DNA from: a virus
Taxonomy: Duplodnaviria; Caudoviricetes
Reading direction: 5' to 3' (one strand)
Virus record (IMG/VR): IMGVR_UViG_3300016665_000461
Span: 1-30,999 of that record
Length of the DNA stretch: 30,999 nucleotides
Shown here: positions 16,901-24,900 of the stretch, piece by piece
How the letters are laid out: the number at the start of each line of letters is the position of its first letter
How positions within the stretch are numbered: the first letter of the stretch is position 1
The notes under the pieces: generated by a model
The model's input: the letters and a program-made list of their open reading frames with translations, nothing else
The model's database searches: none
Told to the model about the DNA's origin: nothing
Translations under genes and position numbers: made by a program

Positions 16901-18783
16901 ATTACGATATCGTAGCGGATAACGTAAGTGCAAGAATGTACACGAAGTCCGGCGAAGAAATCATTCTATTCACGTTTGATGAAACGGTCGGTGGTGCTGC
17001 TGCCGGATCCATGAAGGTCTATATGTACAATGCTTCGGAAAGCTATGATCCGACGGCATACTTCAACCAGACTGGAGAAGGCAACGTAACAAGATACAGA
17101 CTTACTTCAAGAGGTCTGACGGTATTCAATATCCCAGGTGGAATCGAATACATCTTCACTGATGGTAACCTTGACGTTCTTCCAAAGACCAGCCAAGGAT
17201 TCCTTGTCGATCTGTTCAATACAAAGTTCGAGTTCGGAAGAAGCGACATTAGACACGACGATGACTTTATCATCTTCGATAACGAGATGGAAAATGTTGT
17301 CGATACCGATAGAGTGCTCGTATTTGACGGCATCAATGATGTTCCTGGCAGCGCTCTTATCAACATTCCTAACCACGGACTAGTCCTTGGTGATCTTGTT
17401 CAGTACACAAAGGATGCTTCTGCTGGAGCAGTTGGCGGTCTTACGCCGGGCGAAACATACTACGTGGTGTATGCAATCGACAACTTCATCTCACTAAGCA
17501 CATCGTATCCTGGTGTTGCGCTGAACGTAACGGCTGCATCAACCGGTACTGGCGATTCATACCTATCATATGTTAAGAATCCAGACTCCGTGTTCAAGTT
17601 TAACAATGGTGACGTTGTCGAACTGACTTATCCTATCGACAATATTGCGATCGGTGGATTGAACTATGGCCAGCAGTACTATGTAGCACAGGCGAACACG
17701 ACCGGATTTAAGCTTACAGGAAACAATCCAAAGTTTGAAATCATTCCGAATATGCCAACGGCCGTAGATTCTGACTTTATGGCTATTCAGAACAACAAGC
17801 TTTCAAATGGCACTCAAGTAAAGTACTACACCGAAAAGGGAACGATGCCTATCGCTCCGCTTGTGAACAATAGTCTATACTACGTCGTATCATCGAACAC
17901 AAGTGGCGTCAAGCTTTCGGAAACAATGAATGGCGCCGTGGTCAATGTTACGAGTGTTCCATCTCTAACAGGCCACAGACTGCTTGCTCAGTTCGATGAA
18001 ATCAATATCGCCAAGACATCGGCATCATTTGACTCAGTTGAAGATGTTAAGGACGATCAGGACTTCATCATTCTTCTGAACAATCCATTCATTAAGAACG
18101 ATAGAGTCATCTACACTATTGATGCTGGTTACACTGCACCATATGGAATCTCTCCGCCGGTTACATTCAAGGCCAACACTCAAGGAATTGATGAGAGCAA
18201 TAGAACCATTGCAATCACCGGTAACCAGTTCGTAACCGGTCAGAAAGTATTGTACTACACTTCTACTGGAAACACGGTAATCGAAGGCCTCACGAACAAT
18301 GCGATCTACTATGTTGCTAATTCTGAAGTAAACACTCTGAAGCTCAAGGAAACTCCACTCGACTATCCAATTCCTATCAAGGCTGGATCGAATGAAAGCG
18401 GCCATAACCTTGTCCCAGTATACTACGTTGCTCAGTCTAACTCGATCGGTATCAAGATTGCCTTCTCTCCAAATGGCACACCACTTGATATTGGTCCAGC
18501 TACTTCGGCTCCGCCAAGTCCATCAGGTTCGGACAGCACGTTTGAAAAGCTTGAATCCGACTCGGGCTACAAGTTTACCCTAATAAATAATGATACAGGT
18601 GCAGGTCACATCCTTTATAAGTCTATTCCTATTGATGGTCTTGACTTTGGAAGAAGATACTACGTCGTCGACTCTACCGAGACTACGATTAAGATCTCTG
18701 AAACTATGATGGGTCAACCGATACCAATATACTCCACCCGCAACGAAGTAGGTCACTACTTGAAAAAAATTGTTGAGGAATAA
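10936..18783 (+). CDS. gp7: Baseplate wedge initiator gp7, enlarged to 2615 aa by inserted repeat modules
   Basis: N-terminal FP.FY..EGPNFIAFVKAYFEWLE...YRDIDTT...LYRSKGS..AI.LFFKL.YG and the motif GYY.SSRGFLS..QYLHDGDYYQEYSYEI...KKVLHVAGTRVFG (about 15930-16095); lies between gp6 and gp8. Confidence 0.85.
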   Translation: MRDIEKSISPLVENMFPAFYKDEGPNFIAFVKAYFEWLEQPDNPIAEARNVLSYRDIDTTTEKFILSFKEKYLKNIQFDTATNKKLLVKNSLDLYRSKGSENAIDLFFKLVYGTQAEVRNPGLNVLKLSDGVWEKPIYLEVSETDRNIDYVGKQIIGSLSGATSFVEKYIKRKTVSGYVAILQISNLSGEFKKGEVISVILNGSQKTYDNSPKLIGSMQEVIIQDGSRGFNVGDIVSIGSSYAGLGGLARVTAVSESTGAVDFIFVDGGWGYTDTSAFSIVSEKVLFVENVVAAPRAETYFSLFEQVVQPLVSMSYNNAEISVQPGDSLYRVDVANNIVAKATVLTANQFTTTTGELVVSPDYGAILADNEEYFINSVQSGDSLRADAIQDRTISGSVMGATTTYDLSITNQYGTLAVGDTLYQVGTTAEGTVSAIASTPTGNVVVLTNSTGAFKNSFATYSLLESNKTFDPYTDVDQTAGVYTIAIPNNTFANNDLVKYVTPTGSAAISGLSNNSLYFVVGATTSSISLSETRGGSKIAIQKLGVAPGADHTIQLNNINVAYARVSGNSSFVFDSADYILVKNNTNLFKVGDIVRYTTDVGVPAITGLTSGTDYFVVYADSDGIKLSNRYNGTPLSISPIATNTVGHTFTGRMSIRARTPAGTTVPDFYADFEGVNMNIGVYDIKRSVFNINYASASNSTVLAYGNNIYQYDGDGKVSASAKIVTVEIDSIDDTIGLISAVPTFGTIFEGQSIYTDANAASASVTNLSNQIRGGDYVISSNTKMITLRNGTQMSVPRQSSGFGASFDVTGIGETESIFINTDIINANGVSFISSDRTVLSMTNPGFNEGDTVVQYLKSNFQGNTSSVLSNGFITMTTTGITEGSVLEYYAATTPIKLVVNSTASANISNGTQFFAKNVTASGLSLVQNLDDSVVANLVGTAANTNHFFLKVQGGGTIVSETGGGITVADVYGEFKVTASGYGNVMVYGASSTNAAITGITQSAPSSIIQKPFLDTPIRSSGYGFAKNPNANLNDTIFSSLSYNKFNIGTIAGISGVDPGSNYNTDPYVLVYQPYIAQFNRKDYVFEIANITGTFVAGEKITQSTGALTFYDLEVSGGVKDADYNAITRNIDPKYDVDGTNEFIYIPFETAKINSTNDVGSLRLSFNSLTDVDSVQNFIFIQNSPFTDGDSVLYIKESVSGIGLSNNTSYFVVSSNTSGIKLTSTAGGDPISLNKTLDSSTQHYFSKTVSNYISVQDHGYSNGMIVRYYRDTGNTQNIGLSDGALYKVANTGAYGFNLANVSTSAVIALTPGGDEDGHTIKGYYNGASTTQLIFNNGDRILYNKYVTGDTDIGPDNGNTYFVIAANTLGFKITTTPGVVGDIVNLSSTASSEASHYIGTVPGYLAGDRVYQVIEKGFNAQSNVSSNRITIANSPFANNDRIRYFTGTGGTPITGSNNAYYYAMNANSSGLQLKSTLGSTTPVTLTAAGSSQTHSLETIPTASIFNVYTQDGDSFVRINNLTQTFLPDYQLKSNTNIYVDNNVLSVTPYSELKVAQGIVKSANTSTVLVKRINFENTFIPGESITGQFSGTSATLISVAEDASSASIGVNANIEANVVTANGTITNLEVIDSGIGYSNSEVVQYTSADGSRSGTGKVVIDGSGRSRGYYKSSRGFLSNDQYLHDGDYYQEYSYEILTKVSFDRYQDMFKKVLHVAGTRVFGSALVIEENDKPINVKQIETSQIVEFNPKLDISDNSIEVGIENIKSRFNSAFINETTDFISLNEHQFAEGERVKYITDTGTVPNIGLSNNQFYYIKNATPTGFSLSTTRGGNKIPLTATGTTSLGHNIQSYTNPFKTGDLVEYYTDYRTFNSKSDVDNDNDFIRLQDNIFDSNDYTVYQTTPVTRFPTKGLIPGKSYYVLEANTAGVKLSNAQRYLGAVFLYPDGSNDLEVHLVDSRNFGQVDLTASPKSLLPIKEIDLYGQQLELQGVDYDIVADNVSARMYTKSGEEIILFTFDETVGGAAAGSMKVYMYNASESYDPTAYFNQTGEGNVTRYRLTSRGLTVFNIPGGIEYIFTDGNLDVLPKTSQGFLVDLFNTKFEFGRSDIRHDDDFIIFDNEMENVVDTDRVLVFDGINDVPGSALINIPNHGLVLGDLVQYTKDASAGAVGGLTPGETYYVVYAIDNFISLSTSYPGVALNVTAASTGTGDSYLSYVKNPDSVFKFNNGDVVELTYPIDNIAIGGLNYGQQYYVAQANTTGFKLTGNNPKFEIIPNMPTAVDSDFMAIQNNKLSNGTQVKYYTEKGTMPIAPLVNNSLYYVVSSNTSGVKLSETMNGAVVNVTSVPSLTGHRLLAQFDEINIAKTSASFDSVEDVKDDQDFIILLNNPFIKNDRVIYTIDAGYTAPYGISPPVTFKANTQGIDESNRTIAITGNQFVTGQKVLYYTSTGNTVIEGLTNNAIYYVANSEVNTLKLKETPLDYPIPIKAGSNESGHNLVPVYYVAQSNSIGIKIAFSPNGTPLDIGPATSAPPSPSGSDSTFEKLESDSGYKFTLINNDTGAGHILYKSIPIDGLDFGRRYYVVDSTETTIKISETMMGQPIPIYSTRNEVGHYLKKIVEE
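12343..18768 (+). repeat. About 15 copies in gp7 of a roughly 85-aa protein module (consensus F[ND]x3-5V-Dx2-4-DFIxIxNxxFxxGDxVxYxTxxGxxxIxGLxNNxxYYVxxANTSGxKLSxTxGGxxIxLx5-8GHxL)
   Basis: Copies start near 12343, 12631, 13516, 14326, 14392, 14431, 15184, 16168, 16234, 16540, 17233, 17323, 17734, 18028 and 18166. Recognisable at protein level only; counted by eye. Confidence 0.8.
18582..18589 (+). promoter_or_regulatory. Putative late promoter AATAAATA upstream of gp8
   Basis: In the gp7 3' end, about 195 nt before the gp8 ATG; spelled with ATA-AAT codons. Confidence 0.5.
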
Positions 18784-21700
18784 ATGAGCGTTACTAAAAA
18801 GTTGGCCACTACCAAGCTTGGTGTAAATGTGGCTAAGGACTTCTACAATAGCTTTGGAACGACTGACAATACGTACTATATGTACTTTGCCAAGCACGTT
18901 CCATATGGAACTCCATTTGAATACCTAAGTGAAGTTGAAGTCGTGGCTTTCAACGCCAAGGATGATGTCGCTAATTCGACGATCTCGATTCCCAACGTAA
19001 TCTTTAACAATGGTGACAGAGTAAGGTACTACACCAGCGCCGGAATCACGGCAATGAATGGTCTAGAAACCAATGGCATCTACTACGTAATTAACTCGGA
19101 TGAAAATGGATTCCAACTGGCTTCCACCTCATCATCGACCACTCCTATTTCGATCACCGGTAAGTCGGTAAGTGAAATTCACTACTTCAAGTACGCATCA
19201 GGCAGATCGGTATCTCAGGTTACCGGTGATGACGTTGAGGCTCCACAAGATTCTGAAATCTATACCTCGACCCAAGCATACGATGATATGCTTTATGCGA
19301 AGAGAATCACTGAGAACGACGTAAGAATCATGGTGCCAAAGTATCTTTGGACCGGTGGTACAACATACTCTCAGTACGACAACACCGATCCTAATCTTTA
19401 TCAGTCACAGTTCTTTGTGGTCGTTGATGACATCACAGAGTACAACGTATACAAGTGCCTGTATAATAATGGTGGTAGCGCATCGACGGTTCCACCATCG
19501 AGAAACGGTAACGTCTCTGACATCTATCCACTTATTCTAAGCGATGGTTACATCTGGAAATATATGTACACCATCACGAAGCTTGACTACGATCGCTTCA
19601 ACACCGCCAACTATATTCCAGTTTCTCCAAACACATCGATTATCGAGTCAGCAATTCCAGGCACCGTTGATGTCGTCAATGTTTCTGGTGCCGGTGCTGG
19701 ATACTCCAACTGGTACATGGGAACGCTGAAGTCTGGCGATCTTAAGTTTGGTGGTATTGAAACTCAGTACGCTCTTGGCGACGATGCGTCTTCTATTGAT
19801 AACTACTACCAGAATTGTGTTCTTAAAATTACATCGTCTCAGACACCAGGTGTTGTAGGTCAATATAGAATCATCAATAGCTATTCAGGCTTCGGTGCTA
19901 GAAAGTACGTAACTCTCGATTCTCCATTCACCATCTCACCTTCGATTGGTGACACCTACGAGATCTATCCTCTCGTATACGTATGGGGTGATGGATCGGA
20001 AACGGAAACAGCTCGTGGTCGTGCAATCATTCATTCAACCGGCAACACGGTTTCTCGAGTAGAGATGCTATCCTCTGGTAGAAACTACCGCACAGCAATC
20101 GCCTCGATCGAAGTTCCTGACGTCGTAAAGACTGGTCTTACATTTAAGGACGCAACTCTTAATCCTATCGTATCTCCTGCATCAGGCCATGGTGCAAATC
20201 CAGCTGTAGAACTTGGAGGTAGAGCGCTTGGTGTATCGATCACGGTCAATAAGTCTGAGAACGGAACACTTCCAACATCAAACGACTTCAGATCGATTGG
20301 TATCATCAAGAACCCAGAATTTACAAACATCACGATCTCTCACGACACCCCGGTTGGCTCGTTCAGCATCGGTGAAGAGGTTGTTCAGTTCAAGAACATT
20401 AAGCTGTATGGCTATGTAGAATCGGTTGCCGGTACAAACCTCATCTATAAGGAAAATGACGGTAAGATTTCTAACACCATCTCTTTCGCTATTGGAAGTG
20501 GTGGTGAAAATCTTGTCGGTACCGGTTACGATCACAGAACAAATGACCAAGTCATCTTTGATAACACCGACACTGGTGGTACCGGAGCTACAGCAACATT
20601 CATTGCCAACCTAACCGCGGTGAAGAGCGCTAATAACTTCCAGGGCAACAATGCTGTTCATGGTGCAAACTTCATCAATGTTCAGTCGTCGCATACATTT
20701 GCTGTTGGCGACAAGGTAAGATACAGTGTATCAACAACGACACCTAATCCTCCGATCTACGGACTGATTGATGGTGAATACTACTACGTAGCGGCTAACA
20801 CAGCCAACAGCATCTCGGTTTCGACTACACTTAATGGTGCAACTCAGGCTGTAAGCAACTACATCGAGTATGTTTACAATATCTCATCTCCAACCACAAC
20901 AATCACTGGAGCTGATATTGGAAACAAGGTCCTTGAGTATACACTGAATGCGGTTCAGGTTCTTAAGAATGATGTAGCACTAACTAACGTATCACAATAT
21001 GCTCAAACCAACACTTCAGTAATTACACTGGTAGGATCCGGTTCAGCAATTGCTGGAGACGTTATCAAGGTTCGCGCTTTCTCTAACAGTGCAGCAACTT
21101 CATCGTTTAATGTAGTCAATGGCCAGATTACTTCGGTTACCGTCACGAACCAAGGATCTGGATATACCAAGCCGCCAAGAGTTTACATCAATAGCGATAG
21201 TGGTGGCCAAGGCGCCGAAATTACTGCGGCTCTTGCCAACCCAGAGATTACATCGTATGCTGACACATTCGATCATGGTGACCTAATGCTAATCACCAAT
21301 GGATCGAGAAACTTCATCAGCTCGGTCAATTCAACTCCTGATAACTATAAGATCGTTACCGACAGAGTTGCGCCATTCACTACATCGAACAATCAGATCT
21401 CTAAGGTCGAAGTTACCGCGCGTGGCATCGTCACATCGGTCGCTACCGGTCAGATCACCATCACAAACGTAAATGGTATCTTTGAGTCTGGTTCTAGAAT
21501 CGCTGGTCTATCTTCGTACGCAACCGCAAATATTCTTAGCGACAATGCGATCAAGATCAACGATAAGAATCCGAACCTGTTCAAGACCATCGTTCAGCTA
21601 TCATCGCTGATTGGTTCTGCATCGTCGAATATTCCATTCATCGATGACGAAAAGATCTATCAGGACTCAGCAGTAGAATACACGATGCCATCTGCTAGAG

Positions 21701-21954
21701 TACACACCACGGTTATTGGTGAGGGTGCCAATAACGATATCGTATATGCATCCAGACTCTATGGAACGTTCAGTAGAGAAGCTGGTAACAGAACCATTCT
21801 TGGGGACACAAGCGGCTCCTCGTTTGACCTGCTAAACATCTATCCTGGTGATTTTGTTCCAGGATCTGGTGAAGTTCTTTATATTGAGAATGTAGACCCA
21901 ATAAATAGAAATAATAGCAAGTCCGAACAGATCAAAATTATACTGGAGTTCTAA
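18784..21954 (+). CDS. gp8: Baseplate wedge subunit gp8, enlarged to 1056 aa
   Basis: YDDMLYAKRI......MVPKYLWTGGTTY.QYD...FFVV...YNVYKCLYNN...ST..P...DGYIWKYMYTI...F.T.NYIPV, GHGANP..ELG, NDFRSIGIIKNP, SGEVLYIEN..PI.R...KSEQIKIILEF are gp8 motifs. Confidence 0.9.
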   Translation: MSVTKKLATTKLGVNVAKDFYNSFGTTDNTYYMYFAKHVPYGTPFEYLSEVEVVAFNAKDDVANSTISIPNVIFNNGDRVRYYTSAGITAMNGLETNGIYYVINSDENGFQLASTSSSTTPISITGKSVSEIHYFKYASGRSVSQVTGDDVEAPQDSEIYTSTQAYDDMLYAKRITENDVRIMVPKYLWTGGTTYSQYDNTDPNLYQSQFFVVVDDITEYNVYKCLYNNGGSASTVPPSRNGNVSDIYPLILSDGYIWKYMYTITKLDYDRFNTANYIPVSPNTSIIESAIPGTVDVVNVSGAGAGYSNWYMGTLKSGDLKFGGIETQYALGDDASSIDNYYQNCVLKITSSQTPGVVGQYRIINSYSGFGARKYVTLDSPFTISPSIGDTYEIYPLVYVWGDGSETETARGRAIIHSTGNTVSRVEMLSSGRNYRTAIASIEVPDVVKTGLTFKDATLNPIVSPASGHGANPAVELGGRALGVSITVNKSENGTLPTSNDFRSIGIIKNPEFTNITISHDTPVGSFSIGEEVVQFKNIKLYGYVESVAGTNLIYKENDGKISNTISFAIGSGGENLVGTGYDHRTNDQVIFDNTDTGGTGATATFIANLTAVKSANNFQGNNAVHGANFINVQSSHTFAVGDKVRYSVSTTTPNPPIYGLIDGEYYYVAANTANSISVSTTLNGATQAVSNYIEYVYNISSPTTTITGADIGNKVLEYTLNAVQVLKNDVALTNVSQYAQTNTSVITLVGSGSAIAGDVIKVRAFSNSAATSSFNVVNGQITSVTVTNQGSGYTKPPRVYINSDSGGQGAEITAALANPEITSYADTFDHGDLMLITNGSRNFISSVNSTPDNYKIVTDRVAPFTTSNNQISKVEVTARGIVTSVATGQITITNVNGIFESGSRIAGLSSYATANILSDNAIKINDKNPNLFKTIVQLSSLIGSASSNIPFIDDEKIYQDSAVEYTMPSARVHTTVIGEGANNDIVYASRLYGTFSREAGNRTILGDTSGSSFDLLNIYPGDFVPGSGEVLYIENVDPINRNNSKSEQIKIILEF
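21900..21907 (+). promoter_or_regulatory. Putative late promoter AATAAATA upstream of the VrlC-like gene
   Basis: In the gp8 3' end, about 52 nt before the ATG at 21960. Confidence 0.55.
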
Positions 21955-21959
21955 ATTAA

Positions 21960-24900
21960 ATGCCAATTCAAACAGATCTCAGCGCTTCGCCGCACTTTGA
22001 CGATTTTGATGAGAACAAGGGTTACTATAAGATCCTGTTCCAGCCGGGCGTTGCCGTTCAGACACGTGAACTCAACCAGCTCCAGACCATGCTTCAGAAC
22101 CAGATTGAAAAGTTTGGTGACAATATTCTTAAGCGTGGTACAATTGTTGCTGGTTGCAACATCACGTATTGGCCAAGACTTCCATACGTCAAGATCAAGG
22201 ATCTTGCGACCGATGGAACCCCAGTCAATATCAATCAACTTAATGGCTACTACCTAAGAAACTCCAACAACCTTGAGTCCAGAATCTCTGTGGTCGAACA
22301 GGGTCTGGAAACTTCATCTCCAAACCTTAAGACTCTGTTCATAAGCTACATCAACTCCGGTGATGACCTCGGTCAGACCGTTGAGTCCAGCAAGTATGCG
22401 GCAGATCAGATTCTCACGGTATACGATCCAAAGAATCCAGTATTCAAGATCAATATCACCAACGGTTCGTCCGGCTTCTCTAACGCCGACACCGTTGTTG
22501 TAACCAGCTCGATGGCTATTCAGAACTCCACTGGTGGTAAGGACTTCACCATCGGTACTCGTGTTGGTCTGCTTGCAACCGACATCATCAAGAGCGACGG
22601 TCTGGCAATCGGTCAGATTGTTGGTACACCAGATACCACAACTCTACCAGATGCTGTAATCGTTCGTGTTGCTCCACTTGCAGACAGTCTAAGAGCCGGC
22701 GATAATAGACTTTGGACTTTCTACGAAAATTCATCGGTTGAAATCAGTGCGGTCAACACAACTAACAAGAGCACGGCCAATAAGATCTCAAAGGTCTATG
22801 GATACGGCGCGGCTGGATCACTTGTAACCGACAGTCTTGGTAAGGTAACTTCCATCTCGGTAACCAATGGTGGTCTTGGCTACGACTACGATCCATACAT
22901 TTCAGTTTCATCCAGCACGGCAACTGCATCAGAAATTTCGCAGTTTGCAGCATCTGCACAAAGATTCCTAACTACAATTTCGGTCGCGGGCAGCGTACAC
23001 GATCCTGTAGGATTTGGTTATGGCGTAAGCGTTGATGAAGGCTACATCTACCAGAAGGGTTACTTCATTAAGGTCGATGAACAGCTAGCGGTTGTTGAGA
23101 AGTATAACAACATTGGCTTTGATAAGTCGGTAGGCTTTGTTTCAAACGAGTCAATCATTGATAGCAATACCGATGAGACTCTTCTTGACAATGCAACCGG
23201 AGCTCCAAACTTTACCGCTCCTGGTGCAAAGAGACTTAAGCTTCAGCCGGTACTTACAGTCCTAGAAAAGGCCGAGGCCGATCTAGACTCTGAGTTCTTC
23301 CCGATCGTTGAGTTCTCGCAGGGTAGCCCATACATTACTCAGCAAGAGACCGTGTACAACAAGATCGGTGACTTGATCGCTAAGAGAACCGCTGAAGAAA
23401 GCGGCAACTATGTTATCGATAAGTTCAATGTTATCTCAAAGGATCAGAGCAATACCGCGGCTTATGCTGCATCGTTCAACATTAATATCGATCCAGGTCT
23501 AGCATACATCAATGGTTACCGTGTAAAGACCGAAGCCAACTACATTGGTGCGGTTGATAAGGGCACTGATACTTTCACCAAGGAAAACGCATCAACGATT
23601 TTCTCGTATGGCGATTTCTTCAGAGTCAATCAGCTTGCTGGTAACTTCAGATTCGATGTTGGTGACCTTGTCGAGTTCTACGATACCGCAAGACAGTACA
23701 TCACGACTCAGAATCCAGGATCCGCAATTACACCAGCCGGTAACAAGATTGGTACCGCGCGCGTACGCTCGATCGTACTCGAGAGTGGATATGCTGGTAC
23801 GGCTTCCGCGGTTTATAGAGTATACACCTTTGACCGTGTATTTGTTTCTGGAAAGACTGCCAACGACATCAAGGCAATCTACCACGGTGGGGCAACATAC
23901 CCAGGTATCTGCGACATCCTACAAGAAAACAACGAAACGATCCTTTACGATAAGAACTACAGCTCGCTTCTATTCAGAGCTGGAGTTGGCGTACAGTCGG
24001 TAGGTGACACTTTCTTCTACTATAAGGCATCGAATCCATTCAATATTGGTTCAACTGGTACTCTCGATATTTCGGTTGAGGATCCTCTTACCGAATCGTT
24101 CGACATTTTCTCTGAGAACACGATCGCTGAAAACGAAATAGTTATTGTTCCAACCGATAACTTCCAGATCTCGGCAAACCTTGCTGGTACAGTTTCTGTA
24201 TCGGCAACCAACACGCCAATCGTTGCCGGCACAAGCACTCAGTTCTTGTCGCAGCTGGCTATCGGCGACTGGATTAAGATTGATGATAGCTCATCAAACA
24301 TCTTCCAGGTTCAGTCGATTGAGAACGACACGACTCTTACGGTAACTAAGAATGTCGGATCGGTTATCACATCTAAGGGCGTTAAGAGATACTTCCCTAA
24401 GTATGTTCCTATCTCGTTGAGCACGCCAAATAGCAGCAGAACGGCAAAGATCGAAACCGAACAGCTCAAGATCAATCTTGGTATTCCTTCCGGTATGACT
24501 CTTGCCAATACATCGGGTAGCACATACTCGCCACCGGTTGTGGTCAACTACAACGTTAAGAAGAAGTTCACACCACCTGTAACCAAGGGAACATCTAGAA
24601 ACGTATTCGCTCGTATCAGAGTTGCCAACAACTCGGCTGGTGTTGATGGCCCATGGGCACTTGGTGCATCCGACGTATTCCGTCTAAGATCGGTCTACAA
24701 GGCAAACACAGCATCTAGAACATCCACGTTCTATACGAACTCGGCATCGATCGATAATGCCAGCGACTTCATTGCAACTCTATCCCAGCATCGCTTTGCA
24801 AATGGAGACCTCGTTGTCTATACAACCGATGGTGCATCTGCAGCGATCACTGGTCTTTCAAACAACGCAACATACAAGGTGGCGTTGGCAAATACTTCTG

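Noticed and set aside
18763-18769. A7 run near the gp7 3' end as a second slippery site
   Set aside because: A -1 shift meets TGA within three codons and gp8 is in the zero frame, so no meaningful product results.
5611-21954. Hub/gp5/295-aa ORF share one reading frame, as do gp6/gp7/gp8, suggesting stop read-through fusions (for example VgrG-like gp27-gp5)
   Set aside because: All junctions use TAA, the downstream genes have their own ATG with SD-like or promoter signals, and same-frame adjacency is common by chance.
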